NCBI GenBank assembly: GCA_022605425.2
Contig: CM061253.1
Coordinates: 62,001-126,000 of the forward strand
Length of the DNA: 64,000 bases
DNA from: Hamiltosporidium tvaerminnensis FI-OER-3-3
Lineage: Eukaryota; Fungi; Microsporidia
Direction of reading: 5' to 3'
The notes below the pieces were generated by a model. It was given only the letters and a program-made list of their open reading frames with translations. It was not told the origin of the DNA and did not search any database. The position numbers and the translations under genes are program-made. The stretch's first letter is position 1. The number at the start of each line of letters is the position of its first letter. Below are positions 13,374 to 25,825 of the stretch, piece by piece.

Positions 13374-13389
13374 AACCCTTAAATCCTTA
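13374..13389 (+). promoter_or_regulatory. CCC-type microsporidian translation/transcription start signal upstream of NTE1
   Basis: aacccttaaatcctta immediately before ATG 13390; a similar CCC lies ~16 nt upstream of the LRR gene ATG (37573-37575, minus strand). Confidence 0.45.
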
Positions 13390-16300
13390 ATGTTCAACTT
13401 CTTATTTATAAGTATTTCATTTCCTCTCTTCATTTTCATTTATCGAATATTTTTTAAATCAAGCAAAAAGAAAGAACAACCTACACAGATACAGACACCA
13501 CATCAACACACAAACACACTTCTAACAAAAATACCAATTTATTTCTTTCATCCTTCACCACACATATTCTTCAAAACACATATTTTACAACCACAAAGTA
13601 TTTTTTCATTACCTTGTATTTTACTAAACGGAAAGATACAAATAAAGACACATCTACCACCTTACATAACCACTACCACTCATACATCCACACCTATTCT
13701 TATAAATGGTCCGTTACATTTACTAACCAATACTTCTCTTTCTTTTACTTGTTTAGTAAGTACAAGTGTTATTTCTTTTAATCAAAATATTTATCCTTCT
13801 TTATATTTAACACCCATACTTATTTATCATTTGAGAAGTGTTATTTCTATGTTAATTTCTTATTTTCATTTAATGGTTTATTTAGCAGCTTTGGATGTTA
13901 AAATTGAGACTTGTTTGACAAATTTTATTCTTAAAAATAAAAATATTAAAGAAATTAATTTACCGGCAGGTTATATTTATAAGAGGTATGGGGTACCACT
14001 TGATACTGTTTTTTATGTAGTTAAAGGGTCACTTGTAATCGAGTGTGATAGAGGAATAGAAGGATTTGGGGTAGGACAAGGGTTAGGGGGGGTGATAGAG
14101 GTATGTCGGAGGGTGATAATAACAGTAGTAAATTAGAGGGTGATAATGATAATGATATGTTAGAGGGTGTTAATAATAAGGATATGTTAGAGGGTGTTAG
14201 TGAGAAGTATGGTAGCCAACAGGGTGTTAACAAACTATCTAATGAACAACAGGGTGTTAATAAGAGTACTAATGAACAACAGGGTGTTAATAAGAGTACT
14301 AATGAACAACACCCCTTTAATCACACACCTAATAACAACTCTTCTGTCCTTTCAGATACTGAAAATACAAAATTCGTTTTGCAAAAAAACACTTTTTTTT
14401 CGGTTTTGAATATTTTTACACCCTGTTACACCAACACAACAATACGTACACTAACACCTGTTACTCTTAAGGTACTTAATATTTGTCATATAACACTAGA
14501 ACCTATAAATAACACCCCTTTATTTAGTAGTCATATAAATAACACCCTTATAACCAACAGTACTGATAATAACACCCCGTTAACCACACCACATCTAAAT
14601 AACACCCCTTTATTTACTACTACTCTTAATATAACCCCTTTGTTTGCTAGTCTTATAAAAGACCCTATATTAACACTAGCTGATAGACACTGTGATTGGA
14701 TACGTTATATGCCAGGAGATATTATAGTAGAAAAGGGGTGTAAATCCTTATACGCATATTTTATAGCATACGGGTTGGTAAAAGACAATACAAATAACTC
14801 CTTTTACTCTAAAATGACTTTAGGAAGTAAAGAGGTTATTTCTAACAGTAAATATATTTGTACTTATACAGCTGTTAAAATAACTGATATAATAAGAATA
14901 CCAAGAGTTTTTATTGATACTGTGTTTTGCACATGTCCTGGTGTTAGTATGATGTGTGTTAGTGATGTGTTTAAGGGGGATGTTAAATTACCTGGTAAGA
15001 CTGTTATTGTAGTACCTGGTGGTAAAGGTAGGGGTGTTAGTGATAGGAGAGTTGATGGTTATATGGGTGTTAAATATAAAGATAGAGATTATAAGGGTGT
15101 TAATAAGAGAGTAGATGATTTTAAGGGTGTTAAATATAGATATAGTAATATAAAGGGTGTTAATAATGTGAATCGTAAGGAAGAGGGTGTTATTAACAGT
15201 AGTAATGAACAACACCCTATTATTGACTCTAGTAATGAACAACACCTTGTTAACACCAGTACCTATGAACAACACCCTGTTAACACCAGTACCTATGAAC
15301 AACACCCTGTTAACACCATATCTAATAAACAACACCCTATTATTAACAGTAGTAATGAACAACACCCTGTTAACACCATATCTAATGAACAACACCCTGT
15401 TAACACCAGTACTGATAAACAAAACCCTCTTAACAACCCATCTAATGAACAACACCCTGTTAATAACACACCCCTCTTAAAGTATAACTCTGGCTGTAAC
15501 AGTGCAGATTATATACTACAAAACACAGTAAACCATAACACCTGCCTAGACACCCTTTTATTTAGCTGTAGATTAAGAACAGTAATAGGTAAAAGGTGTT
15601 ATTTTATAACAAGTACTACAATAACACGTATTCTTAATAGAAATACTTTTAACACTCTAAGTAGTCTTATAATGACTCAATATTTAGAACATATAGAACA
15701 ATCATATAGTGTTATTGTTATTTATATAGAGAATAGATATTCTCGTATGTTTAAGATGTTAAGTAAGATGTGTAATGTTATATTAGTTGTAGGAGAAGGT
15801 GATATTCTGTTGGAAGAGGGGTGTTGTTGTAGTGTAGAACGTGTAAGGCTATATGAAGAGAGGGTGGGTGTTAATGACAGGTGTGATAAGGATAGTAATA
15901 TAAAGGGTGATAGTAATGATACTAATATAAAGGGTAATAATAAGGGTGATAGAGATACTAGTATTTTAAAGGGTAAGAGTAAGGATAGTAATATAAAGGG
16001 TAATAAGAGTACTGGTGATATAAAGGATATTATGAGTGTTAATATAAGTACTAGTAATATAAAGGGTGTTAATGATAGGGATATGTTAGAGGGTGATAAT
16101 GATAATGATATGTTAGAGGGTGTTAGTAACACTATTAATGAACAACAGGGTGTTAGTAAGAGTAGTAATAAACAACAGGGTCTTAACAATGTCACAAGTA
16201 CTTATCACCCCCTTAATAATACACCTAATACTTATCACCCTCTTAATCATCTAGACAATAATCCCACTGATAAATCCATTGGAAAATACCTTATGTACGA

Positions 16301-17327
16301 TAAAAACCCCAACCCTACTATAACTAAGTACCTGATACCTACCTATACTAGAATACACCACGTTGTTTCACCTTCTCGTAACGACAGACTCTGTTTAAAA
16401 GATTATGAGAGACTAGCAAGATATCTTTTGAACAAAAGAATAGGACTCGTTTTAGGAGGAGGAGGAGCACGTGGATATGCACATTTAGGAGTAATACGTG
16501 CATTAGAAGAGAACAACATACCAATAGATGTAGTAGGAGGTACCAGTATGGGAGCATTTATAGGTGGTTTATACAGTAAAGATATAAGTAGTATTAGCTG
16601 TTACAAATGGTGTAAAAAAATGAGTGAATTTATGAGCAGCAAATGGAGATTTTTTACAGATCTGACACTTCCCTTGTGTTCCATGCTTAGCGGTTACAAT
16701 TTTAATAGAATTATAAAATATTTTTTTAAAAATTTAAATATTGAAGATTTATGGTTGGAATATTTCTGTATCAGTACTTGTATTAACAGATATGAAGAAG
16801 TAGTACATGATAAAGGAATATTATGGAAATATATACGATCTAGTATGACACTAAGTGTATATTTACCACCAATGAATGATAAAGAAGGAATGCTTATGGA
16901 TGGAGGGTATACAAATATTGTACCTGGAGATGTTATGATTAAGAAAGGAGTTAGTAGAGTTATATGTGTAGATGTAGGTAGTGTTAGTGATAATAAGTAT
17001 GAGAAGTATGGGGAGTATTGTAGTGGGTGGTGGGTTATTTGGAAGAGATTGTGGGGTAAAAGGGTTATAATGATGGGTGATATACAATATAGGTTAGCAT
17101 ATGTTAATAGTGAAGGGAAACTTAGAGACTTGGAGAAGAGTGGGGTGTTAATTATTAAGCCTGATATACCTTTTAGTGGAATGGATTTTAATAAATTTGA
17201 TGAGATTGTTGAGTGTGGGTATCGGTACGGGTTAAAGGTTGTGGAGGAGTGGAGGAGAAATGGGGTTTATAAGAAGTACTTTAGTGGGTGTGGGTTTAGG
17301 GTTAGGAAAAGGAGGTTTTCAGTGTAG
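13390..17327 (+). CDS. NTE1: NTE1/PNPLA6-like lysophospholipase (N-terminal TM, cNMP-binding-like domains, patatin domain), split into 13390-14136 and 14103-17327 by a frameshift in a G7 run
   Basis: Patatin motifs GLVLGGGGARGYAHLG, GTSMG and DGG; cNMP-like segments LPAGY..FYVVKGSL and YMPGDIIVEKG..YFIAYGLV; hydrophobic N-terminus. One extra G at 14086-14092 joins the two ORFs. Confidence 0.9.
14090..14640. repeat. In-frame GGGTGTTA / AACACCC minisatellite block 1 inside NTE1
   Basis: 30-bp units AATGAACAACAGGGTGTTAATAAGAGTACT, followed by AATAACACCCC units. Confidence 0.9.
15010..15480. repeat. In-frame minisatellite block 2 inside NTE1 (KGVN units then NEQHPVNT units)
   Basis: About 10 exact 30-bp-period units AATGAACAACACCCTGTTAACACC preceded by AAGGGTGTTAA units. 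Confidence 0.9.
15865..16265. repeat. In-frame minisatellite block 3 inside NTE1
   Basis: AATATAAAGGGT units, GATATGTTAGAGGGTG units, then ACTTATCACCC units. Confidence 0.85.
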
Positions 17328-17329
17328 GA

Positions 17330-17640
17330 ATGGGGTGTTTGGGTGATGATAGAGGATTGTAGGGTGTTAGTCCTTAGATAATAGAGAATAGGGTGTTATT
17401 ATAGAAATAGTAAGTAAGAGGGTGTTATTATAGAGTAAAGAGGATTATAGGGTGTTATTCCTTGGATAATAGAGAATAGGGTGTTATTATAGAGGTAGTA
17501 AGTAAGAGGGTGTTATTATAGAGGCTGAGGATTATTAGGGTGTTAATAACAGTATAGATGATTATAGGGTGTTGGTTATAGAAGTAGTAAGTAAGAGGGT
17601 GTTAGTAACAGTATAGAGGATTCTAAGGGTGTTACTACAG
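17330..17640. repeat. Non-coding AGGGTGTTA minisatellite 3' of NTE1
   Basis: About 11 AGGGTGTT cores at ~29-30 bp spacing with variable spacers. Confidence 0.9.
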
Positions 17641-18455
17641 TATAAAGATTTGTTTATAAATAAAACATTTATTTCCAGTTTTTATTTTTTAAAATAATTT
17701 TATTTATAACTGTTTTTAGATATTAAAGGCATGTTAATACACATGATTTACTACTCACACTGTATACTTAAAACTCTTAGAAAAAGCTTAGAACGGTTTA
17801 ATGATTTATTTTAAGGAAATGTAAATAGAAAATAAGTTGGTAACTAAAAATTCTGAATATTATTTTCTTGTTTTTATTTACTTTTTTCTATTTTGTTCGA
17901 CAATTTTTTTATATTTCTACTTCTTTTTTAATATTTTTAGTCGTTGCTTGGATTTCAATTCTTTTTTCTTTTTTCTTTTTTTTGTTATTTATTTTGTTTC
18001 TGTATGTAATAGGGTATGGGTTGTTTGTTCACCCGGCTCTGTTTATGATATTCAGTGATGCGTTTTCGACTCTTGTGATCATTTAATATTTAATACGATT
18101 TTATTTGGCTATAAAAGAAAATTTTTCTCTGGTGTTTTTTGGCTAATGATACCTAAATATATAATTATACTTTAATAAACTTTAAGTTTATAGCAAAATA
18201 TTTTATTATATTTAATTTAAATATCATTCCAGGTTATGATATAAGACAGTTTTTTCTTAACTATGATTAGCGGTGGCGATTCAGACATTGGTTCTATCTA
18301 AGCCATAATTTTATTGTAGAATTGGTGTTTTTTTAAGCTAAAACAACGTTTAAAATTCTTGTACATTACACAAAAAAAATAACAATTACATACAAATCAT
18401 ATTATGAATTTGCTAAAATAAAAATTTATTTGGTTCATACCGAATGCTTTATTAT

Positions 18456-21400
18456 TTTATTTAATTAAATTCTGGGTTAAAATATTTTTACCATTTTTAT
18501 ATGTTTTCTTCTACCTCTTTAACCACTGCTGTCTCTTCTTCCAAATCCGACTCTTTATTTATGTTATTGGTCGGTTCCTCTAAAGTGGTTCCTCCTTGTG
18601 AAATAAAGGGTGCTTTATTTTTTGGTTTAAAATTTTTTGCACCATCTTCCTCTCTCTTCCCTTCTTTTAAAGGGGGTGTTGGTTCCTCATGCATCTCTGC
18701 TCTCATAATAACACCCATTGACGCTCTCTCCCAGCTCTCTTCGGAATTTAGTCCTGACTCAAGTCCTCTTCGTCGATCAAAGGAAATTGTTTCGACTGTC
18801 TTCTTAAGTACTATAGACTGAATGTATGCCTCTACATTCATGGGTATTTCTAGTCTTTTAAGATGAGATTTATGGTATTTGGTCTCAATACCGTCCCAGG
18901 TCATCACATAAGGGATTATCTCAACACTACACTTATAAATAAGACCTAACTCATTGGCTAGCAAGTCATACTTCCTGAGTTTTTCAGTTTCAACTATTTG
19001 AAGTGAATCTTGGGAAGTGATTCCTACTTCAATGAGTGTTATCTTATTCTTCTTCTTATCTAAAATAAATATGTCCGGTCTGTTATTCCGAATTTTAACA
19101 TCAGTTTTTATTCTGGTGTCTACTCTTATCTCTGCCTACTCATTATCAAGAATTTCTTGAACTGAGTGACTCCTTATTCGTTTTGAAGACTTAAACTTAT
19201 ATCTATTTAGAAGAAGTAGGTGTAGGCATCTAACCACTTCATTATGCCGTCTAGTGTAATCATGGCCTAGCATTTTTTCACATCGAGTTGCTAGAAGATC
19301 TACAGTCTTACCAGACTTCCCACAATGTTGACACACACCATCTGCTCCCCAGAATACATTTCTATCCTGGATATAGCAGAACACAGCTTCATTTCGTGGC
19401 CTAATATTTCCTCTCTTTAGCTATCTTGAAGAGTCACTAACACTCACAAGCTCATTTTTTCTTGCATTATATAACTTGTAATGGAGTTTTCGTTTTTCTA
19501 TTTCGTTATATAGTTTTTCAAGTTGAGCTTCTTCTAAACTTTTCTTAGTGACTTCTTCTACCAACCTGTACTTTACTTTTAAGAAGCCTTTTATTAGTGC
19601 AAGATGGGTTTTATTATTATTCTCCACCTTGAGGATTGCTGCTCGTCTAGTTGATATTTCTTTACTTTTTTCCAGACAATCCAAGAGTTGCAGAAGCATA
19701 TGTTCGCTTCGCAACTCAACACTATGTAGGCCTCTTCCAAGTTCTGTTCTAGGAAGATACAAACGCTCTTTACATCCTGGGCGGAGATGTATCTTATTCT
19801 TCACCAACACCGCACGCACTGCATCATCTAACTTAGAGAAGTCAGCCGGTTCAAGTCGAAGTACTCCTATGTGGTAGTTGATTAACGATATCGCATGTTG
19901 ATTGATTGCTGAAAATAATTTTTTTGCGTTTAATCTAGCCTGACAAAGTCTTTCAACTTTTGCTATCAGTTTGCTTTGTACTTCTTCAAATGAGCTACGT
20001 GTTGGAATTCCTCTGCTATCTTCTATTATTCCTAAATATTTGTAAACACTAAGACCTTCTAAAAGAGTAGCAGTATCTTCATAACACGTATCATTCGTGG
20101 CTGACTTCTCTTTGTTAATCTCTAAGCCAATCACCTCTAAAAATTCCTTTGCCTCGTCTGTCATAGCATTTAATGTGGAACTGTCTTTTGCAAGGAGCTT
20201 AACATCATCAATAAACAAGAGATGATTAGTAGAATGGGATTCTGCATCTGTTTGTACTGTCACTTTTGTGTATTTTTCATTAAGCTTTCGGCTTAATGGA
20301 TCCATACACAACACAAATAACAAAGGTGACAAACTATCTCCTTGTAGAATCCCTCTATCAATCTTCTTGCTCATGATTTTTTCAGGCCCTACTGATATAT
20401 CAATTTTCCATTTTGATATAATTACCTTAATAAATTTCAGGATCCAATCAGGTAAATAAAGTTTTAAAATGCATTGAATTAAATAAGCATGGTCAATTGA
20501 ATCATAAGCTTTTTTAACATCAATCCATGTTGCCTTAAGATTGTTTCCATATCCTCTATTTAAGGCAATATTCAGTAGAGCCCGCTCTTTCGCTCCCTGC
20601 ACACCTCTAACTGCTCCCAACTGGTTCTCCGCAAGCAACCCTCGCCTTTCCACTTCAAGTTGAACGACTTTCGTTACACACTTTGTCGTTAACTTATAGA
20701 GGTTGGACATACAAGTGATTGGCCTGTAGTCAGAGCCTCTTCGTGGAATTCCTTTCGGTATCAAATACGTAAGCTTGCTGTAAAACCAATCAGCTTGAGT
20801 TGTTCCTTCTAAACATATAACTTTCACAATATCATAAATATATTTGTGAATAGTTGTAAGTTTCTTAATGAAAAAATTGTAAATACCATCAATTCCAACA
20901 GCTTTCCAATTGGGAAGCCAATTAATGATATTTATAAATTCATCAAGTGAAGGAAACGTGGTCGGATGATTATCTGATACAAATGGAATCAAATAATCAT
21001 CATATGTGACTGTGTCATCATTTTTGTTCCACATTGTAGACCCAAAACTCACAATTTCATCACGACTAACCACATGCTCGGATTCCACACGCTCAGATAA
21101 CCCACGATAAAATCGACCTCGGAAAAGCTCAAACATACGATTCTCTTTTCGGAATTGCTTCCTACTTTCATGCATCGTAATTTTTTTCTCGTACACATTC
21201 AAAGACTCATTCTTCTTAACTAAAGCCTCAGAAAGATCAGTTACACTGCTCAAGTTTAAATTAAACTCTAGCATGATTTTCTTAAGGCTCTTCGTTTCTG
21301 AAGTGGAGAGCTTTTCCTGCTTACGAGCCTTCTCGAGCAGATCTTTGGAAAGTACTAGCTTAGAAATTTTACTTTCTATGTTTACCTTCCAAGCGGATCT

Positions 21401-22240
21401 AAGCTTTTCTTTACGTGTAGCCTCGTCATAGCATACCTGGGCTGCCTGGATTATCCGTGCCACTGCAGTTATCGTCATCGGCACATAAGAATCAGCATAC
21501 TCACCGATAATTCGATTAATAAGGTCCAAAACTTTACTGTCAACCAATTCACTTGGAAGCTTTCTAGTTCGAACCACCACTCCCCAATTTCCTTCTCCGA
21601 GATTTCTTTGATTTTACTCAAAAATTTATCTCTCAGGTTTATGTATTCGGTGGTGTCAGTCAGGGTGCATGGCTCAGTGAGAAAAGTGGCGATTCTACGT
21701 CGCTCTCCATTCTCTTCTTGCCTTATTTCCTTTTCTGCCTCATTTTTTGCGAGTTTTTAAAACGCATCGATATCTAATGTGCAGCCGAATTTCTCATTAT
21801 AGTACCTCAAAGTAGCGGGCAGGCCTTTTCTGGGCATTCTCTCAAACCTCTTTTGCACTGCTAGAAGCAGATCTAGGCCATTCCTGCTCTACGACTGTGA
21901 CAGAGTCAAGTATTGAGTGCAATACCATCAGTCGATTCCCTTCTAGAATGGCATCTGTATTGAGGTTTGTCATGCCGTTGGCTGGTCTAAACGCAGTGGC
22001 ATCGGTACCAGAAGACGAGGGTATGGTGTCAACCAAGCAGACTAGACTAGTCTGGCAACTACTTCTTGGTGGTTGGTGGGTGGTGTTATGGAAGTTCGGT
22101 GGAGGTGGAATTCTCTCGGATAACATTGCTACATCTACATCACACATCAAAATCTCCCCTGCGCTGTTCTCCACGTTGTTTACAGCCTTTATTTTTTCAT
22201 TTTTTATATTTTCGCTGTTCACTTTTTCCTTCTACCCATA
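18456..22240 (-). mobile_element. Second full-length RT+RLE non-LTR retrotransposon copy (inverted)
   Basis: 719-aa RT ORF 19421-21580 plus in-frame downstream ORFs separated by two point stops (TGG>TAG at 19421, TAT>TAG at 19136); same 5' start as copy 1; no TSD found. Confidence 0.95.
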
Positions 22241-22755
22241 GATAGTATATTGAGTAAAACAAAATATAATATATTTTTAATTAACTATAAATTATAGAAA
22301 ATAATCCTTAAATAAAATATTAAGTAATCGATTTATTATAGTTGAGAGCAGTGTGTAAAAACTTTAGAAGAATTTAATGATTTATTAGAAATCAGCCCAA
22401 TTATTCTATTTTATACTAAAAAATTTCAGTTCTACATTTACATTTATTATGCCACAATAAAAATTTATATTGTTTAAATTGATATAATTGTACCAAAATA
22501 CGTTATAGTTCATTTAAAAAAATATAAATCCCAAAATTGGTTTTTAAAGGGAATATAAAAATTAATTTTAATTTAAGATTTATTTATTAAAGATTGAATG
22601 GAGAAATATCTTTCAATTCGTTCTAAATCATTTATCGAACAAAAATAAAGGCCTAATTATGTTTAATGTTGGAAAAAAAAAATTCGAATCATCAAAAAAT
22701 ATTTTTAATTTCAATTTGAATTTAAAGTATATATATATTTTAAATTTTAGTAGAT

Positions 22756-24300
22756 ATGTATTATATTCTTACCTGGTTGTATTTTATAGGTTTTGCTGTT
22801 TCAATGGACGTATATTCACTTCTTAAATTTGATGGTATACCTACACGTAAGGAAAACATGTTTAAATTTTATTGTAATAACAATGGCTCGGAGAATAGCC
22901 ACATGGGTTCGCTGTTAAACAAAAATAAATGAAAAAGGTGTTCCGAACATTATATCTGATATAATAAAATTGGCAAAGAAAAAACCAGCTCCGAAACCCC
23001 AGAATTTCAACCATTTCATCAGATCTTTCTAAAATATATCCCTTTTCTCTTTTATATTATTCAAAAATATAATTTATTCTTACTTTAATAATTTTTGAAA
23101 GTTACGGTGTTGATGAAATAGCAACTTACTCTATGACTTCGAGGCGACTTAAAAAATAGAACCTGTTTTTATGTAAACTATTACCTTTTGCTATCAAGAA
23201 ACCTTTTAATATTCATATATACCGATTCTAATTTTTAATTTCATTCAGCAATCTACTTTTCATATGAAATATAATCTTCAACCTTCGAAATTACATGCAC
23301 AGTATTTGAATATTCATATTTCTCTTTTTCCATAACATAACTACGCTTAGTCCTGGTTCTTGTGACTTTATTTACAAATTTTAATTCTAATAGCAACTTT
23401 TCAAAACGATATTGCCGCATATTCTCAGTATCTTTACTATTTTTTACTGTGTAGTATATTTTCTTTAAAATGACGTCACCAAATTACTATCATCGTATCA
23501 TTACATTTGGCAAATGGCTATGTCTCACAACCATACATCTCTATATCTAAGACGAATTTCATATGTTTCATAGTTCCTATTATAGAATTATGATTATCGA
23601 TTTCCAATTGCCTAGGAAGTATATGTATGCCTTATATCCTGTATATAATCTTTTCTATTTCTCTACTATTTTCGTTAAGATTCTTCAGAAGAACACCTAG
23701 ATACTTATTAGATTATATGGTTTTTTAATAGTCATTTATCTACTTAAAAGTAATGAGTTTTAGTTGCTTGACTAATGAAATATATTTTATTCATTAATAT
23801 CAGAAACACATTTTTTCATTCGTACTCTACCGATTTATTTTCTATTTCGCCTTAATTTCTCGCGTTTCGACTTATGCCATCAGGATGTTTCAAGAGTTTT
23901 CTCTTTTGTTATACAAAGTTTTTTTTATGCCATTTATAAGATTCTAATAGCCTTTTTATGATTATATTTAAGACATATAAAAGAATCTCTTCGTATCAAC
24001 GCACAGCTTATTTCAAACTATTTTAAACGTACGAGTTTTCATTTGGATTTCTATATGAAGGCTTGTTTTTGTTAGTTTCTTTTTTTATTTTGGCCAAGAT
24101 TAATGTCATTTTCTTTAAGTGGTTTTTTATTTGAAACAATAAATAAAATTTTTTTTACCTTCAGACTATCTATAAGCTTATGAACACTTTTAAATAACAC
24201 AGATATCAATTGCACTTTTACTTGTAATCAAACCTTGAACCTGACATGAATTATAAATATTTCATTTTTTAATTAAGCTCTGGATTATCAAATTTTTTAC
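22756..24300 (+). pseudogene. Decayed gene with hydrophobic N-terminus and multiple TM-like segments (MFS-like possible)
   Basis: MYYILTWLYFIGFAVSMDVYSLL is paralogous to ORF 45350; later hydrophobic pieces end in TPRYLL; many stops. Confidence 0.45.
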
Positions 24301-24329
24301 CTTTTAAAAAATTTATTCCACCATTTGAA

Positions 24330-25095
24330 CAATGTAACCACCTTCCACCGCATCAGACTCTTCATTTTTATATTGGCGGGTCCCTCGAGTAGTTATGCCA
24401 TCTAAAATATTACAGAAGAAAATATTTTTCGCATATAATTTTTTAACACTATTTTCTCCGTTTTACTTGCTTTAAAGAAGAGTTGGTTGTTTTGCATCTC
24501 TACGTTGGTAATAACACTTACTGAAATTTTCTTTTTACTCTCTCAGCATTTGGTCCAGACTCAAGTCTTTTTGTCCGATCAAAGGAAATAGTTTCTTGTC
24601 TTATTGGATACTATCGACTGAATGTATGCCTCTATATTCCTATTTATTTGAATTATTTTAAGGTATGTTGTGTGGTACTTTGTCAAAATACATTTCAGAA
24701 TTATTCTTTAAGGGTTTATCTCGAAACCAATCTTATAAGTAAGACCCGACTCATCGAATAATCGACCATACTTCCTAAGTTTTTTTATTCAACTACTTCA
24801 AATGAATCTTAGGTCGTGGTTCCTACTTCAATGAAGGTTATTGTATTGTGAATCTTGTCCAGAGCGAAAATATCGAGAAGATTATTTCGAAGTTCGACTT
24901 TTGTTCAATTCCGCTCTCGACTCTAAATTCTCCATATTCTTTATCAAGAGTTCCTTAAACTGTGCGACTCCATATTCGTTTTGTAGAAATGCACTTAATG
25001 CTATTTACAATAATATAGTGCAGACATCTTACCATTTCATTATGCCACCTGGTGTAGTCAAAACAGAGCATTTTCTCACATCGCTTCGCTAAATA
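24330..25095 (-). mobile_element. Decayed 3' fragment of the RLE family
   Basis: Remnants of RHNE, IEVGTT, KLRKY, EAYIQSIV, ETISFDR, GLESG. Confidence 0.8.
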
Positions 25096-25149
25096 ATCGG
25101 CTTATCAAATTATGTTTATATTACATAATTATTAAATAAGATATTTCGT

Positions 25150-25825
25150 TTTTATTTTTTTTGAAGAGATTAACTACAATAAAATTTTTCTGCTTAATAA
25201 TGAGCATGTTAAATGCATGTAGATATAATTGTTGGAATTTTAGGTGAGAATAAAAACACGTTAGATTTTTGGTTTATTCATGGGTTGTTAAAAAAGATAA
25301 AAAACTTGCTGAACAGTTTGCTACAATTCAGCTTTAATGTTTTTTTTATAAAACTAGACCGCAGCCTGTTGCCGAACTTATATGTATTTACAATTTTAAG
25401 AGTGGACACCTAGACTGGATTACTCAAGTTATAAGACTATACGCTCTAGAGATACAGAAATATTAACTTTAAAAACCAGGAAACCAAATTGGCAGCTTAA
25501 AGATCTTGGGATAGCATGCATTTCTAAATAGACTCATGAGAGTTGGCCTGATATTTATATCTAGAAGTCTATTGAGTTTAGAAATTCTAGAGTAGTTAGA
25601 AATGATGCAAAGTTTTAGAGGGCCTAGAGTGGTTTAGATCTGCGATCACACACCGGCAACGAATATAATAAACGAACTTCTGGCAACCAGTACGCTCACA
25701 AAATACGCTCTAAACTTTGTAGGCGAAATGCTAGGAGTTGAAGTATCGTAAGAGATCTCGATAGAGTATTGGAGAAAACAAGCATGGTATACATTAAACC
25801 TAGAATCTTCTTAATGTTCTAAAAA
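25150..25825 (+). repeat. ~650-bp dispersed repeat C, copy 2 (diverged)
   Basis: tctgcttaataatgag...ggtttagatctgcgatcacacacc...aagtatcgtaagag...ttaaacctagaa match the other copies. Confidence 0.7.

Larger units (their letters stand above)
22280..25140 (+). repeat. Segmental duplication D, copy 1 (paralogous to 44750-47690)
   Basis: Collinear matches, e.g. aaataaaatatt.agtaatcgat, ataggttttgc.gtttc, cgtatattcacttctta, aaagaatctctt..tatcaa. Confidence 0.8.

Noticed and set aside
14021-17087. Alternative-frame and antisense ORFs over NTE1 (14021, 14194, 14988, 15187, 15722, 16348, 16863)
   Set aside because: Shadows of stop-poor repeats and of the real CDS.
17330-17640. CRISPR-like constant core with variable spacers
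   Set aside because: The core is only ~9 bp, the spacers are related to each other, there are no cas genes and the context is eukaryotic; it is a minisatellite.
17330-17640. Telomeric TTAGGG/TTAGG array
   Set aside because: Only isolated TAGGG occurrences, not tandem.
6569-19877. 106-aa antisense ORFs (6569, 12794, 18501) and the 19548 ORF
   Set aside because: Antisense to the RLE ORF; their conservation is explained by recent copy identity.
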